A DNA stretch of 64,000 nt, taken from assembly GCF_001194135.2 (NCBI RefSeq), contig NC_068983.1, forward strand, positions 92,892,866 through 92,956,865, in the 5' to 3' direction. This stretch comes from Octopus bimaculoides. Lineage: Eukaryota. The notes under the pieces are model-generated. The model did not search any database and was not told where the DNA came from. It saw only the letters and a list, made by a program, of their open reading frames with translations. Below, in pieces: positions 40,861 to 52,390 of this stretch. The translations under genes and the position numbers were made by a program. The first letter of the stretch is position 1; the number at the start of each line of letters is the position of its first letter.

Positions 40861-41251
40861 AAAAAGAACACTTTAAACAGCAGAAATAGTAATGTTTATC
40901 TTCAGACATTGCTGATGTGCATCCCATTAAACTACAAATGATAAGTGTAGTGAAACAGCAATTGTTATATTCTAATTCAATCCATCTTAATTTCTTACCT
41001 CTCTTGTAAAATCACCACCAGAACATACAGGCACACAAAAGGAAACAGAACAATGAAAAAAAAAGAGAGAAACCAATGATATCCAGCACATTGCACTTTC
41101 TATTAACAGACACTGTGTGTGTGTGTGTGTATACATATATATAGGTCTGCCCACCGACCACTGGGATGACATCATTTGAAAGCTAGAACAATGTGAGGAA
41201 GCATATTGTGACCAGTGGTACATAACAACATCCAATAGTCTGGTTGATACA

Positions 41252-41310
<59 letters not shown>

Positions 41311-42678
41311 TGGTGCAAAAGTAGGTATACAGTTATGAAAAAAAGAAAACGTGTACAATACAATACTCATTTATTTTTATCAAAAAAATTAGAAGTTATG
41401 ATAAAATACAAACAGTCTGTATTTGTACATACAAGAGAAGCCATCATCAGAGTCCTATAACTCTAATAGTTGTTGGAAAGCAACAAATTAATTTGTCTTC
41501 ACATAGAGACCTAGATTATGCTGGTATGGTACCCCATTCTCTTCTCAAGCCCACAGAAGATTTAACTTTCGTAATATAAATTAGCAGAGCAGTTGTTAAT
41601 TTTACAGTGTTGCTGCTTCTGCTCATAGTAAGTTGTTCCTACTCTGTGGTAGCTATTTACAGTTAGAGAAACTAGATCATTTGAAAGTTGAGTAGTTAAA
41701 CCAGGTAAGACAATATTGGTGACAGAATATGAACCATTGCTTTCCCACCCAGTTTTCTAGTAGCCTGACAATTTGGCCATCCACATTCCTCATACTTTAG
41801 CATTATAAAGTTGCTAATGCATAAACCTTAAAACAAGCAGAAGTTGAGAGAAACTGAAGAAAAACAAAAATATGTTGCCAAATAATTTTTTTAACATTTT
41901 CTAGCAGAAATCTTTAAACAGATAAATATAAAGTGAAGAAAGAAATTAACAATATATACTCCATCCCCATTAAACTACTGTGCATAAAACAATGCTCACC
42001 TCTCTCTCTCTTTATACGTGTGTGTGTGTATATATAACCTAAATAATAAGTGTATCTACTTCAATATGAAAATGAAATATAGTAATGTCTTCAATTCAGT
42101 CAATTCTCATAAGTGTAAGAAGCAATTAAAATTTTGTTATTGGAAATATAAACATTACCATAAAACTGAAGTCAATATTAAAATCTGACTCTAGTAAAAT
42201 ATAAAGGAATTAAAAATTTGTCATTACTCAAACTTTGGCACAATATTGACAGTATTCACAGTTAGTGTGTACACTTTTCCCCAGCATTACAAATCAATCA
42301 ACACAGATTGCAGGTTCAAATTCTGGTGTATATTTTGTAGTTCCACTGAGAATCACTTGCAAGATATGGAATGAAATGTGTGTCTGTGTGTATAAGTATA
42401 TATGCACACACACATACAAACTCACTACATCATGCAATAGGGAAACTCACAGGAGCAGTTTAGTGAAACCTCTGCTTTGAATAATTTAAACTTCACATGC
42501 ATTTGAGTGTTTTTTATTTTCTTGCCTGTACAACTAAAAGCATATACCAACAACCCACACGTGTAACAGCAAAAGTAGACCTCAATACTGCTGGAAATAG
42601 AGGACTAAATTCATTAAATGACACAGGCATGGAACACTCACATTGAGGACTCTGAGTTTCCAAACAGTGATTCAACAC

Positions 42679-42772
42679 TCACTGTTATTTATCAGTTTTT
42701 GCAAATTTAATGCATGTTTTCCCCTCTATTAAACATGCATCAATACTTGTAAAAACTGATAAATGACAGTGA
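42679..42772. repeat. Near-perfect 94-nt palindromic hairpin (small MITE or structured RNA)
   Basis: 42679-42700 versus 42751-42772 is 21/22 complementary. The inner stem ATGCATGTTT/AAACATGCAT is perfect and closes an 11-nt loop. Confidence 0.8.
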
Positions 42773-42913
42773 ATATTAAATTGTTATTCAGAAATTCAGA
42801 GTCCTGAATGTATGTGTTCTATACATGAGTCAGTATATATGTATGCATTAAATGAAGAAGTAGTGACAAGTGAAAATTCTGTAAATAATAATACTAATTG
42901 TAAGCTGAAAGTA

Positions 42914-43106
42914 TATAAGCAATCACTGTGTATTTACTAAAGAAAATAGTCTAATATTGGGGCATATAAGCCCTCAATAGAAAAATGTGGGTATTATTAT
43001 GCATGGGTACTAGTTTCTATTTGTATTAATACCCACTTTTTCCCGAGGGATTATGTACCCCAATATTTGTAATATTTCTTTAGTAATGACAGGGTGATTG
43101 CTTATA
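42914..43106. mobile_element. Palindromic MITE (~190 bp), TA-flanked
   Basis: Left arm tataagcaatcac..ttactaaagaaa..aatattgggg..ccctc..gtgggtatta is mirrored by taatacccac..gaggg..ccccaatatt..tttctttagtaa..gtgattgcttata. Confidence 0.8.
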
Positions 43107-43184
43107 AGATTATAATTATTACCATTATTATTTACAGAATATATATATGTTCATTTATTCATTTTTATGTCCATTTTTTCCCTG

Positions 43185-43345
43185 CTAGGATGAGTGAGAT
43201 GTATATATTACGAAAGTATACAACCAAATGCCTTTCCTGTCGCTAGAGCTATAGTAAGAGACACTTACCCAAGTGCTGCATGATGGGGCTGAACCTGAAA
43301 TCATGTGGTTAGGAAATGGACTTCTTAACCACACATACATACCTG
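43185..43345 (-). mobile_element. SINE family A head
   Basis: agacacttacccaagtgctgcatgatggggctgaacctgaaatcatgtggttaggaaatggacttcttaaccac. Confidence 0.65.
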
Positions 43346-43355
43346 TGCCTATATA

Positions 43356-43479
43356 CAGGGTATCCACAAAGTCTGGGTACATGGGTATTAACACATACTT
43401 TAAGAAATTATAATTTCTTATATTTAATTGTTTATGTTATGATTTTATTTACTCCATGTACCCAGACCTTGTGGACACC

Positions 43480-43482
<3 letters not shown>
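43356..43482. mobile_element. Tc1/mariner-type MITE (127 bp) with TA target duplication
   Basis: TA|CAGGGTATCCACAAAGTCTGGGTACATGG ... CCATGTACCCAGACCTTGTGGACACCCTG|TA. Confidence 0.88.
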
Positions 43483-43525
<43 letters not shown>

Positions 43526-43649
43526 TTTTACTTGTCTCAGTCATTAGACTGCAGTCATGCAGGGGCACTGCTTTGAAGAATCTTTAGTCGAATGAATTAA
43601 CTCCAGTACTTGTTTGTTTGTTTGTATGTATGTGTGTGTACAGACATGA

Positions 43650-43810
43650 CAATGTGGTTAAAAAGGTTTGCTTCACAACCACATGGTTTTGGATTCAGTC
43701 CTGCTGTAAGTGGGTAAGTATCTTTTACTACAAATGCTTTGTTAACCTTTGCCTTGTGAGTTAATATGGTTGACAGAAATTGTACAGAGCCCATCTTATA
43801 TATAAAAGTA
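43650..43810 (+). mobile_element. SINE family A head
   Basis: gtggttaaaaaggtttgcttcacaaccacatggttttggattcagtcctgctg. Confidence 0.65.
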
Positions 43811-43899
43811 TGTGCAGGTGTGTCTATGTGAATGTTTACTTTGTGTGCTTTACATAGAAATTGCTGAGCTCTGGACAGTGACATTTGTTGAGATTTTCT

Positions 43900-44060
43900 T
43901 TCAACAAATCTATTTGGGAGTTCTGTACTTTGAAAGATAAGTGGAATGGAAGGTTCCTCATTTGAAAAACGGGCAAGGGTCAGCAAACAAAAAGGGCATC
44001 CAACTGTAAAACAGTACTTACTCAACATATATTTGTCTGCCCCTTGCTAACATGGAAAAA
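43900..44060 (+). mobile_element. RTE 3' tail fragment
   Basis: aaaagggcatccaactgtaaaac..cttgctaacatggaaaa. Confidence 0.5.
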
Positions 44061-44568
44061 TACATAAAAACAAATTAAATATATATGTGTGTATGTATGT
44101 ATTACATGTACACAGACACATCTATATATTATACACACATTAGAAAAATGTGTGGAGAGAAATTAAATAGTTTGAAATGAATATATAATGAGAATGTAAC
44201 AAGGATAGGAATAAGTAATGAAAGGAAGTGAAATGAAGGGAATCATAAAATCAATGATTGCAGCAGATTTGAACAGTTCTATGTTTCTCAGTTTATCAAC
44301 AAGAATGAAAATAGATACATTCAGCAAAAAAGAAAGAAAGGTTAAAGTGGCAAAAAAAAAAAAAAAGAAATAATAATAAATGAAAACAAAAATGTATCCT
44401 AAAATGGAAACTAAATATATTTGGAATTATTTGCTTGCTAATAATGTCACTTAATAAATAGGGCAGTATTTAAGTGAAGGGAACAATATATGACCTCAGG
44501 TTGTATCCAACAATTATTTTCGCCCAATTTTAGCTTGTAATTAGGTAAATATCTTGAAAATGTGTGTA

Positions 44569-44616
<48 letters not shown>

Positions 44617-45849
44617 AGATTTCACAAATATGAGATACAACAGGCTGAAAAAGAAGAACACTACCTTCTGTAATTATAGATGTTCATCATCATCGTCGTT
44701 TAACATCTGCTTTCCAAATATTCTGAGTGGCAAAATTGTTCAATTTTTAAAAGACTTTTAATATATCATAGCATTTAATGATTTTTATTCCAAAGGGAAA
44801 ATGTGCAAATTCTTTTTACTATAATAATCCTTATCTTAAAACAATATGATTAGCAACAAATTAATTAGCTTTGTTTACATATATGCTTGTGTGTATGGGA
44901 GAGAAAGAGAAAAAATAATATTTATAGAAACAGTAAGAATAAATATTATAAATTTTATGAAAGATGTTAACATATTTATTAACAGATATTTCATTAAATT
45001 TATAAATAATATACTTAATATTTAACAAATAGTATGATGATAATCTATTGCAAATGTAATTAGCTAACGTTTTATTTTTAACAATGGTGATAATAGGAGA
45101 AAAGTCTATATAGAAATTAAGGTTCAAAATATTATTCAAGGCAACAATATTTGGAATGAATATATGGCGATTCAAAAAGTATTATGAATTGTTGGCAGAC
45201 TTGGAATAGTAAGAAAGTCAGATTTGAAAATATTGGACCTTGTAGAAGAGAAGACACAAAATACCTGGAGAAACCACTATAATGTAAACCTAGCTAATCC
45301 AAACTGTTATGAAGTAGGCATTAATACAATGATCTGAAAATGTTTAGCAATAGCTCTGTAAATTTGCTATGCAGCTACTATAGGCACTAAGAAGCTATTT
45401 GGTAATGAGCCAACGAAGGAACTTCCATGCCTTCACATGATCAGCAAGAAATAGCAACCAAATCATACTCAAATGAAATCTTACAATTTTAAAAGAGGAA
45501 TATTTGGATGACAAAGACTGACATTAAAGCAAAGACTGAAATATTTTTGATTGTAGGTCTGGCAGATCAAAATTGTCTTAAGGCTGAATAACATTAACAA
45601 TTTTATAACATTCTGAAATAGTGAGTTTGAACATTTTCTTTTGTGATATCGTTTTTCAAGTCAAGCAATTGTTTCGCTTGAAAATATGAAGTGATCATAA
45701 ATTCTGATAGAGATCTTGATATAAATATTATATTATGTGTACTTCCCATACTGGCAAGTGTTGGACAGACCATTATGATCCAAGTCGGTTCTTATTCAGA
45801 GTGACTGCTCTTCTTGGCATTGTTAGGGGCATTGTCTTGTTGCTATATT

Positions 45850-46110
45850 GTATTTTAGCTTGGTTTCTAAGGCTGGATGTCCCTCTTAATACCAACTATT
45901 TTACAGAATGTACTAGGTGCAATTTTACATGAAATGAGCACTTGATAGGTTGTCATGTCCTCAACAAGACAAGAGTAAAGAGTTTTCTTAACCTCATGAT
46001 GTCTACACTTGTTTGTTAACCACTTAACGAAAAGTACTGGATGCATCTTATTGTGGCACCAGCCGTAGTGAAATTGCCTTGTATCCTGCAAGACAAAAGG
46101 GAGTCCTCAT
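45850..46110 (-). mobile_element. Degraded RTE 3' fragment
   Basis: gctggatgtccctcttaataccaac tail motif plus remnants of the ORF C-terminus. Confidence 0.4.
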
Positions 46111-46119
46111 TCCTTTGTA

Positions 46120-46870
46120 CTGTTACCATAAAACCAAAAGAGTGGGTAGAAGAAAGGGCAACTGCAGAAGATGAACTAGGTGAGAGGGAGAAAGAAGCAA
46201 CAAAGAGTATGATTGGGGAAGGAAAAATGCCAGATTGGAATAATGATATGGAAAAAGAGGGACAAATGAGAATATTTGAGGAGTAAATTGCATAGGTAAA
46301 TGGGAGAGAGGCACAAATAGTAATTTCATGTTTTCAGGTAAGAGAGAACATGAATGATGGATGGTTGTAGACATGGTCAGTGGTAAGAAAGTGCAAGGGA
46401 TGTCAGTAATGAGTGATCTAGGATGGAGAGAATGACAACTAGCAGTATAAAAATGTGTGTATGCATGTAGGGTGGGTAATATTAACTTGTAAAGAGTGAC
46501 ATAAGTGACACAAGTGAGAAGGTGATTCTAAGAGACTGATGGATATCAATACAAGAGTGATCTGAAAGAGAGAGTGATGGTATGTAACATGAAAATAAAT
46601 GGTGAGGTGCATCATATATGAATAGATCTGATGCAATTGCTCATTACTCAGGCAATGATGATGGGAGATACACACTAGGGATAATTAAGTTTCTTAGTAA
46701 GAAAGAGAGAGAGGGTTAGTGATGGGTACTCATACATATGTTCAGTGGTTAGAGAACATGGTGGATGGCATAGCTTAGAAGAGGAGGAAATAGAGAGATA
46801 AGAGGGTACTAAATAGGTAAAAGGGGCAGTAGATGGAGACTTAATACATATCCCAGCCTTCAATCCCATC
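46120..46870 (-). mobile_element. Highly degraded retroelement fragment (possibly Penelope-like)
   Basis: Purine-rich plus strand. The minus-strand peptide HPTCIHTFLY resembles the PLE KPTDxHxYL motif. Confidence 0.3.
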
Positions 46871-49296
46871 CTCCATTTTGACATTCATTTTGCCATACTT
46901 GCACAGAAATAAGGACAATAAACTAAAATGTTACATTTTCTAAGACAAAATTAAATATCTATATAAGTATTAAAGAAAGAATATATTTGATCATTTAAAT
47001 ATTTTTATTTGATTTTAAGAACTTATAATTTGAAGTCATATAATTTTATGTATGATCTTTAAATTAAATTATTGTAAAGCTTACATATTGAAGTAAATTC
47101 AATATTTCAAGTAGAAAACTCCTTTAAGATGATACAGAATGAGAGGGAGTCAAAATTTCAAAAGCTAGTACTTAATATTTAGGTCATTCTTCTTTTTCCT
47201 ATCAATTTATTGTTTGCAATATTAATTTTTAGTATATGATAAAACTGTTCAATTTTAAAACATTTAAAATGTTTATCAAATGTGATCCAATTATGAAATG
47301 GTTTATTTTAATTTGTTTCAAATGAATATTTGAAAAATCTATTATCAATTTTATTTTTAAAAATGTTAAGGTAGTACATAATTTTTGAGTATGCTTAAAA
47401 CAAATCAGTATTTTTGTATTCATTTAAAAATTTAAGCAGAAACAAATTAAATTTGTTTGGTAATGTTCTGATTTGGTGATATTTCAGACAGTTGATCCCA
47501 CAATAATTTAACTATTATTTGAAGGAGGGCTAAATATGACTTTGTAATTCCTTCAAATGGGAATATTTAGAACACAATATTTCATGGAAATGTTATCTGT
47601 TGTATACATTTCTGCTTTGTAAGCTATGAATTCTAAGCTATACAGTTACTTTGACTATATATCTCAGACAGTACATAACAAATTACTATAATGTTTTTTA
47701 TATACAAATTCAGAAATGTATATCTGAAACAGCACCTAATAGATTGCTATGATTATCTTAATACATGTATTAAGATAGTTATAGCTATTTGAGTATGATA
47801 ATATCATAAAATTATACAAAGCTGAATTTTTCAGAGAAATTTTCTTTTTCACTGGTGAAGTTCATAAATATACATGTTGATCAACAATAATTTGGTTAGT
47901 TTTATATTATTCAGTAATTCATTTTTCTATAACAAAGTTCAACTATAAACTCTCTCAGGAAAGGAAAGAAAGTTACATCTGAAAACTCTACAGATTACAC
48001 TTTTTCTTCTTTCCAGTAACTCCTAACTTTATTTACTCAAAAATATGAGATATTTAAAAATTCACAATCTTCAAAAATTTATTGGTGAGGAATAAATTAA
48101 AAACAAAAAAAAATCATGTATACAGCAGGAAAAAAGTATCTGTATCTTGATAGTAATAACCTACTCTATTGACAATGTACAGTGGTACAAGAGGAACCAT
48201 GCATAAAAGAGAGAAAGAGACCAATATATATGGGGTATCTCTCCATTAAAATCCTTCCTAGAAAGAAAATAATTGGCATCTATTTTCTATTACAAACAAA
48301 ATAATTGGCAGACCATAGATGGAAAACTTAAGCATAGATAATACTCTATATGATGTGAATATAAAAATTGTTATAATCAGTAGACTAAAAAATATGTTTA
48401 CTTATGAATGACTTCAAGAATAGCCAGAGATTTATAAAACAATTTTACAAGATTTCCAGTGACCCTTTAATGACATGTAATATCCTTCCTTACTACCAAG
48501 TAATTTCTTTAAACTTCCCCACTAAGTCAAAGCACCAAAAATCAAAATACTTAATTATTCATTTAATTTAACTTTCTTCTGAGAAACATATTACTAAATT
48601 TAGTACATAATTTTTAAAATATATGAAAACTATTTATATTCATGTACAATATGCATTTGTATATAAGGTGCAGACCTAGTTTGGGGCACTGAAGTCACAG
48701 AAAAGATATATCTTGTACATAATATTCATTGACTTTTCTCAAGTATTACAATGTGGGGAAACAAGGAAGTTAAGTCAGATTTATTCTAATTGCTGCATAA
48801 AATAAATTGAAGTTCATGAAAGAAAATGATAAATTTGGAAATAACCTCTAAATTTTACTAGTGTAGGCCATAAATGATCACCTGGTGTGAAATCAACACA
48901 ATGGAAATTACACAGTCATCATGTATATATGTATTTAATGTTGTTTACTGAAAACTATCACATTTTCTGATTGACTTAGGTGCTTAATAACAACAGCAGA
49001 AATGAAACAGTAAAAGAGGATAAAGTCAATAGAATGTATGTGGAAAATTATCAAAATGAAAAATAAAAGAAAAATTGAATTGGAAATTGCTTTCAAATAT
49101 CAAATCTCTTAAAAATGAAACTATGTAAAGAACAACAGTAACTGATGCCTGTGTTTACATTCTGAAGGCATGACTGATGGTGGCACATTAATAGAAGTCC
49201 TGCTTCAATAATGTAATTGCAAGCTGTGTTTAATAAGCTTACCAACAGATAGCCAAATTTCCTTCTGACAACACCAGTCTTAAGTGTATGTTTTTA

Positions 49297-49349
<53 letters not shown>

Positions 49350-49476
49350 NNNNNNNNNNNNNNNNNNNNNNNNNNNNNNNNNNNNNNNNNNNNNNNNNNN
49401 NNNNNNNNNNNNNNNNNNNNNNNNNNNNNNNNNNNNNNNNNNNNNNNNNNNNNNNNNNNNNNNNNNNNNNNNNNNN
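49350..49476. other. Assembly gap
   Basis: N run flanked by (CT)n and (AT)n. Confidence 1.
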
Positions 49477-49744
49477 ATATATATATATATATATATACAT
49501 ATATGTATATATGATGGATTCTCTCATCATGAACAACTGAGGGTTCAGTAAAATAAAGCAGTAATCATGTTCTGTGGATACGCATATGTCACTTGAGGCC
49601 TGCTGGTGCTTTGCAAATCTTTCGGCAAATGGAACAAATTGAGGACTCAGTTTGCTTGAGTGCTTGTGGATCATTTACTGCATGTTTTCTTGAGTGGATG
49701 GCAAGGCTTACTTTGCACTGTGCTATAAAACCACAATGACACAT

Positions 49745-49910
49745 ACATGATCGAGTGGTCAAGAAGTTCCTTTTGCAATCATGAGGTCTCAGGTTTGATA
49801 TTTTACTGTGTGGAATCTTGGGCAAGTGTCTTTTACCATTGCCTTAGCTCAACTCAAGCTTTGTGATTGAAACTGAGATATAAATTGTGTGAAACCCTAT
49901 CAGAAGGCTT
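49745..49910 (+). mobile_element. SINE family A head; a 3' fragment of the 32.9 kb SINE family follows at ~49950-50070
   Basis: gagtggtcaagaagttccttttgcaatcatgaggtctcaggtttga..cttgggcaagtgtctt. Confidence 0.6.
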
Positions 49911-50149
49911 AAACCTGTCACTGAAAAATTTGGCCATGTCACACACTGTATTACACTGAACTTATACAAGGATTCCATTAATGGTACATGTGTTTGTGGA
50001 ATGAACAACCATTTACATGTTAATTCAATGAGCAGGTAATCCAGTTGACCAAACAACTGAATCCTCATTGCTGAAACTACTGAAGATCCATTTTATTTTA
50101 TATCTAATATCTATTGTACTATTCTGCTGCTGTAATTAAATGAAAGTAG

Positions 50150-50720
50150 AACCTCTTATTACATATATCACTCCCTTTCTTTACTGCTAATCATCTTTCT
50201 TTCTCCATTTCCTGTTTTCAGTTATCCCTCATTTTTACAAATGACCTTCAACCCTTTTCCCCCATTAACTATTTTCCCCCATATTTACCAATGATCCCCT
50301 CCACCTCTATTTCTATCAATCAGGTACTCTCCCCCACAATTCTTGCAACCTTTACCCACCTTTTTTGATCCTCCTGTCACCACACTCTTCTACTTACCTT
50401 CTTAGACATGTTACATAGAGGGTACACTTTACTCCTTGTTAATATCATATCTATTTCACTTTCTGGCACCATCCCATCTTCCCATATATAATGCAAGGTA
50501 GCCCTAAATGTCTTTCTATTCAACTCACCCCCACTGTTTGACTCTCTCGCTAAGCCCTGTCACTACTCTTTTTCTTTGCCTTCTATTACTCCCTTTCCTA
50601 ACACTGATTCTGTTAGTCTGTCCACTAACAGCTCTCACAACAATAAACCTGTTCCCCCTAACATACTATCAATTGTCAGTACCTTTCCTAAAGTTACTAC
50701 CCTCTCAGGCATAGGGTTCT
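50150..50720 (+). mobile_element. Highly degraded pyrimidine-rich retroelement fragment
   Basis: Composition mirrors the reverse complement of 3.0-3.7 kb and 46.1-46.9 kb. Confidence 0.25.
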
Positions 50721-51360
50721 TTAGACTTTTAGGTCACAAGGTGACTTCACTAGTATTGGTACTACAAAGAAAAGTATCCAGTACACTCAGTAAAGTAGTT
50801 GGGAAGGGCATTAGTCTGCAGAAACTGAGACATTGGAGCAAGATGTAGTCCTTCAGTCTGTTGGATAATATCAAACATTCCAATCCATGCCAGCACAGAA
50901 AGTAAACATAAAATGATGATAATAACACACATACACACACGACACACTTGTACTGAACCAATTTGGATCTTTAAGACAAGACAAGGAAAAAAGGTGCCAT
51001 TTAGTTCTTGTGTAATATATGTAACTCTAATTTCTAAGTTAAAAAATCTAGAAAAAAGTGTGTATTATATACAAATAAACATGGTGTCTCCAGCATATCA
51101 ATGGCAGAAAATAAGTGTTAAATGTGTTTCATTCCAAAGGTAATATAGCAATCAGATAAATAAGTACAGTATGATAAGAGTTTTGGGTATAACTATGATT
51201 TCTTTTGATATGAACTGATAAATCAATAGAATAAGTTGGCAATAAACTTTGAGTGTCAGAATGAACCTGTCAACTGAACATAGGAAAAATATTAACATAC
51301 ATTAATATACTAAAATATATTCAGGTCTGAGAGAGAGTATTTTCAAAGTAACTGACTTAC

Positions 51361-51483
51361 CTTCAGGTTCTACAGCTATGTAAGTTGGACGAGGATCTTG
51401 AAAAGCACGTTTTAATGGAAAGAGATTTTGAACTTGCATTCGGAAAATACATCCTTCAAAACCTTTTCCAAGTGGCATTGTTT
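51361..51483 (-). CDS. Nrx-IV: Internal coding exon (123 nt, phase 1-1) of a neurexin-IV / contactin-associated protein (CNTNAP/CASPR)-like gene; C-terminal end of a laminin-G domain
   Basis: Minus strand has acceptor tactgttttctttacag| and donor CCTGAAG|gtaagt. Open frame (E)TMPLGKGFEGCIFRMQVQNLFPLKRAFQDPRPTYIAVEPE(G/D/E/A/V) matches the GFxGCIxRxxxxxxxPLKxxF pattern of the last LamG of Nrx-IV/CASPR. Orthology needs BLAST confirmation. Confidence 0.8.
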
Positions 51484-52239
51484 CTGTAAAGAAAACAGTA
51501 GAATTTTTAAAGCTAAATGGTATATTATTGATGGTTACAGATTAATGTTCTGTAAGACTCAAATCATATAATATTAATAGATAAGAAATGCAATGATGTC
51601 TGACTGACATAATATATTGTTAGATGTATGAGAAATGTTTTACAATATGATTGATGTAACTGAGTTCTTTCTGTTCTTATTTTTGTTTTGAGAAATTTAA
51701 ATAATATTTTCTTCTTGTAAATGCACTGACAACCAACTCTCAACTAATAAAAGAGAGCAACAAAATTCAGACTATAAAGAATAATTAACATCATTCTTTG
51801 ACTTACAACTATTAATGAGTGACAGTTTAGCTACTAAGAGAGGATGCATCTCCTCACTACACATTTGCAAAAGAAACATCAACAAAAGGGCCACAGAACC
51901 ATATTGTCATGTGGTATATACAAAATAGAATGAAAAGCAAGATTGGACTTTTGTAGCAATCATAAGCTGTACAACTTGTAAAAGATTCATTTTGCTTTTA
52001 CAGCAACATCTTTCCCTCCTGTAATGGATTGGATTAGACTTCTGGAGGTAGTATTCTTTGGCCAGATGCACTTCTTGATGTCAACTCTTACATGTTTTTC
52101 AAATAAGATACTTTTACTAATGGTGTTTACACATTGGAACTTACTACTGAAGTAGTAAATGATAAAAGTGAATTTAAATAAATTTATCAGTGCAAAAAAA
52201 ACAAAAAAAAAAAGAAACACACTTCTTCCACATTAATAT

Positions 52240-52390
52240 GTAACATGGGCTTCCATACAGTTTCCAACAACCAAATTTCACTCATAAGGTATCAGTCAAA
52301 CTAAGGTTATGGCAGAAGACACTTGTATATGATGCCATGCAGTGGGAATGAACTCACAACCCTATGGCTACAAAGTAAATTTCTCAAACA
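52240..52390 (-). mobile_element. SINE family A head
   Basis: gggcttccatacagtttcc..gaagacacttgtatatgatgccatgcagtgggaatgaactc. Confidence 0.6.

Noticed and set aside
51430-51478. Exonic stem TTGGAAAA/TTTTCCGA over a Lys codon as an A-to-I recoding site
   Set aside because: Only ~12 weak bp, and no intronic complementary sequence was found by eye.
51987-52220. Non-repetitive ORF near the real exon
   Set aside because: No recognisable homology or matching splice sites.
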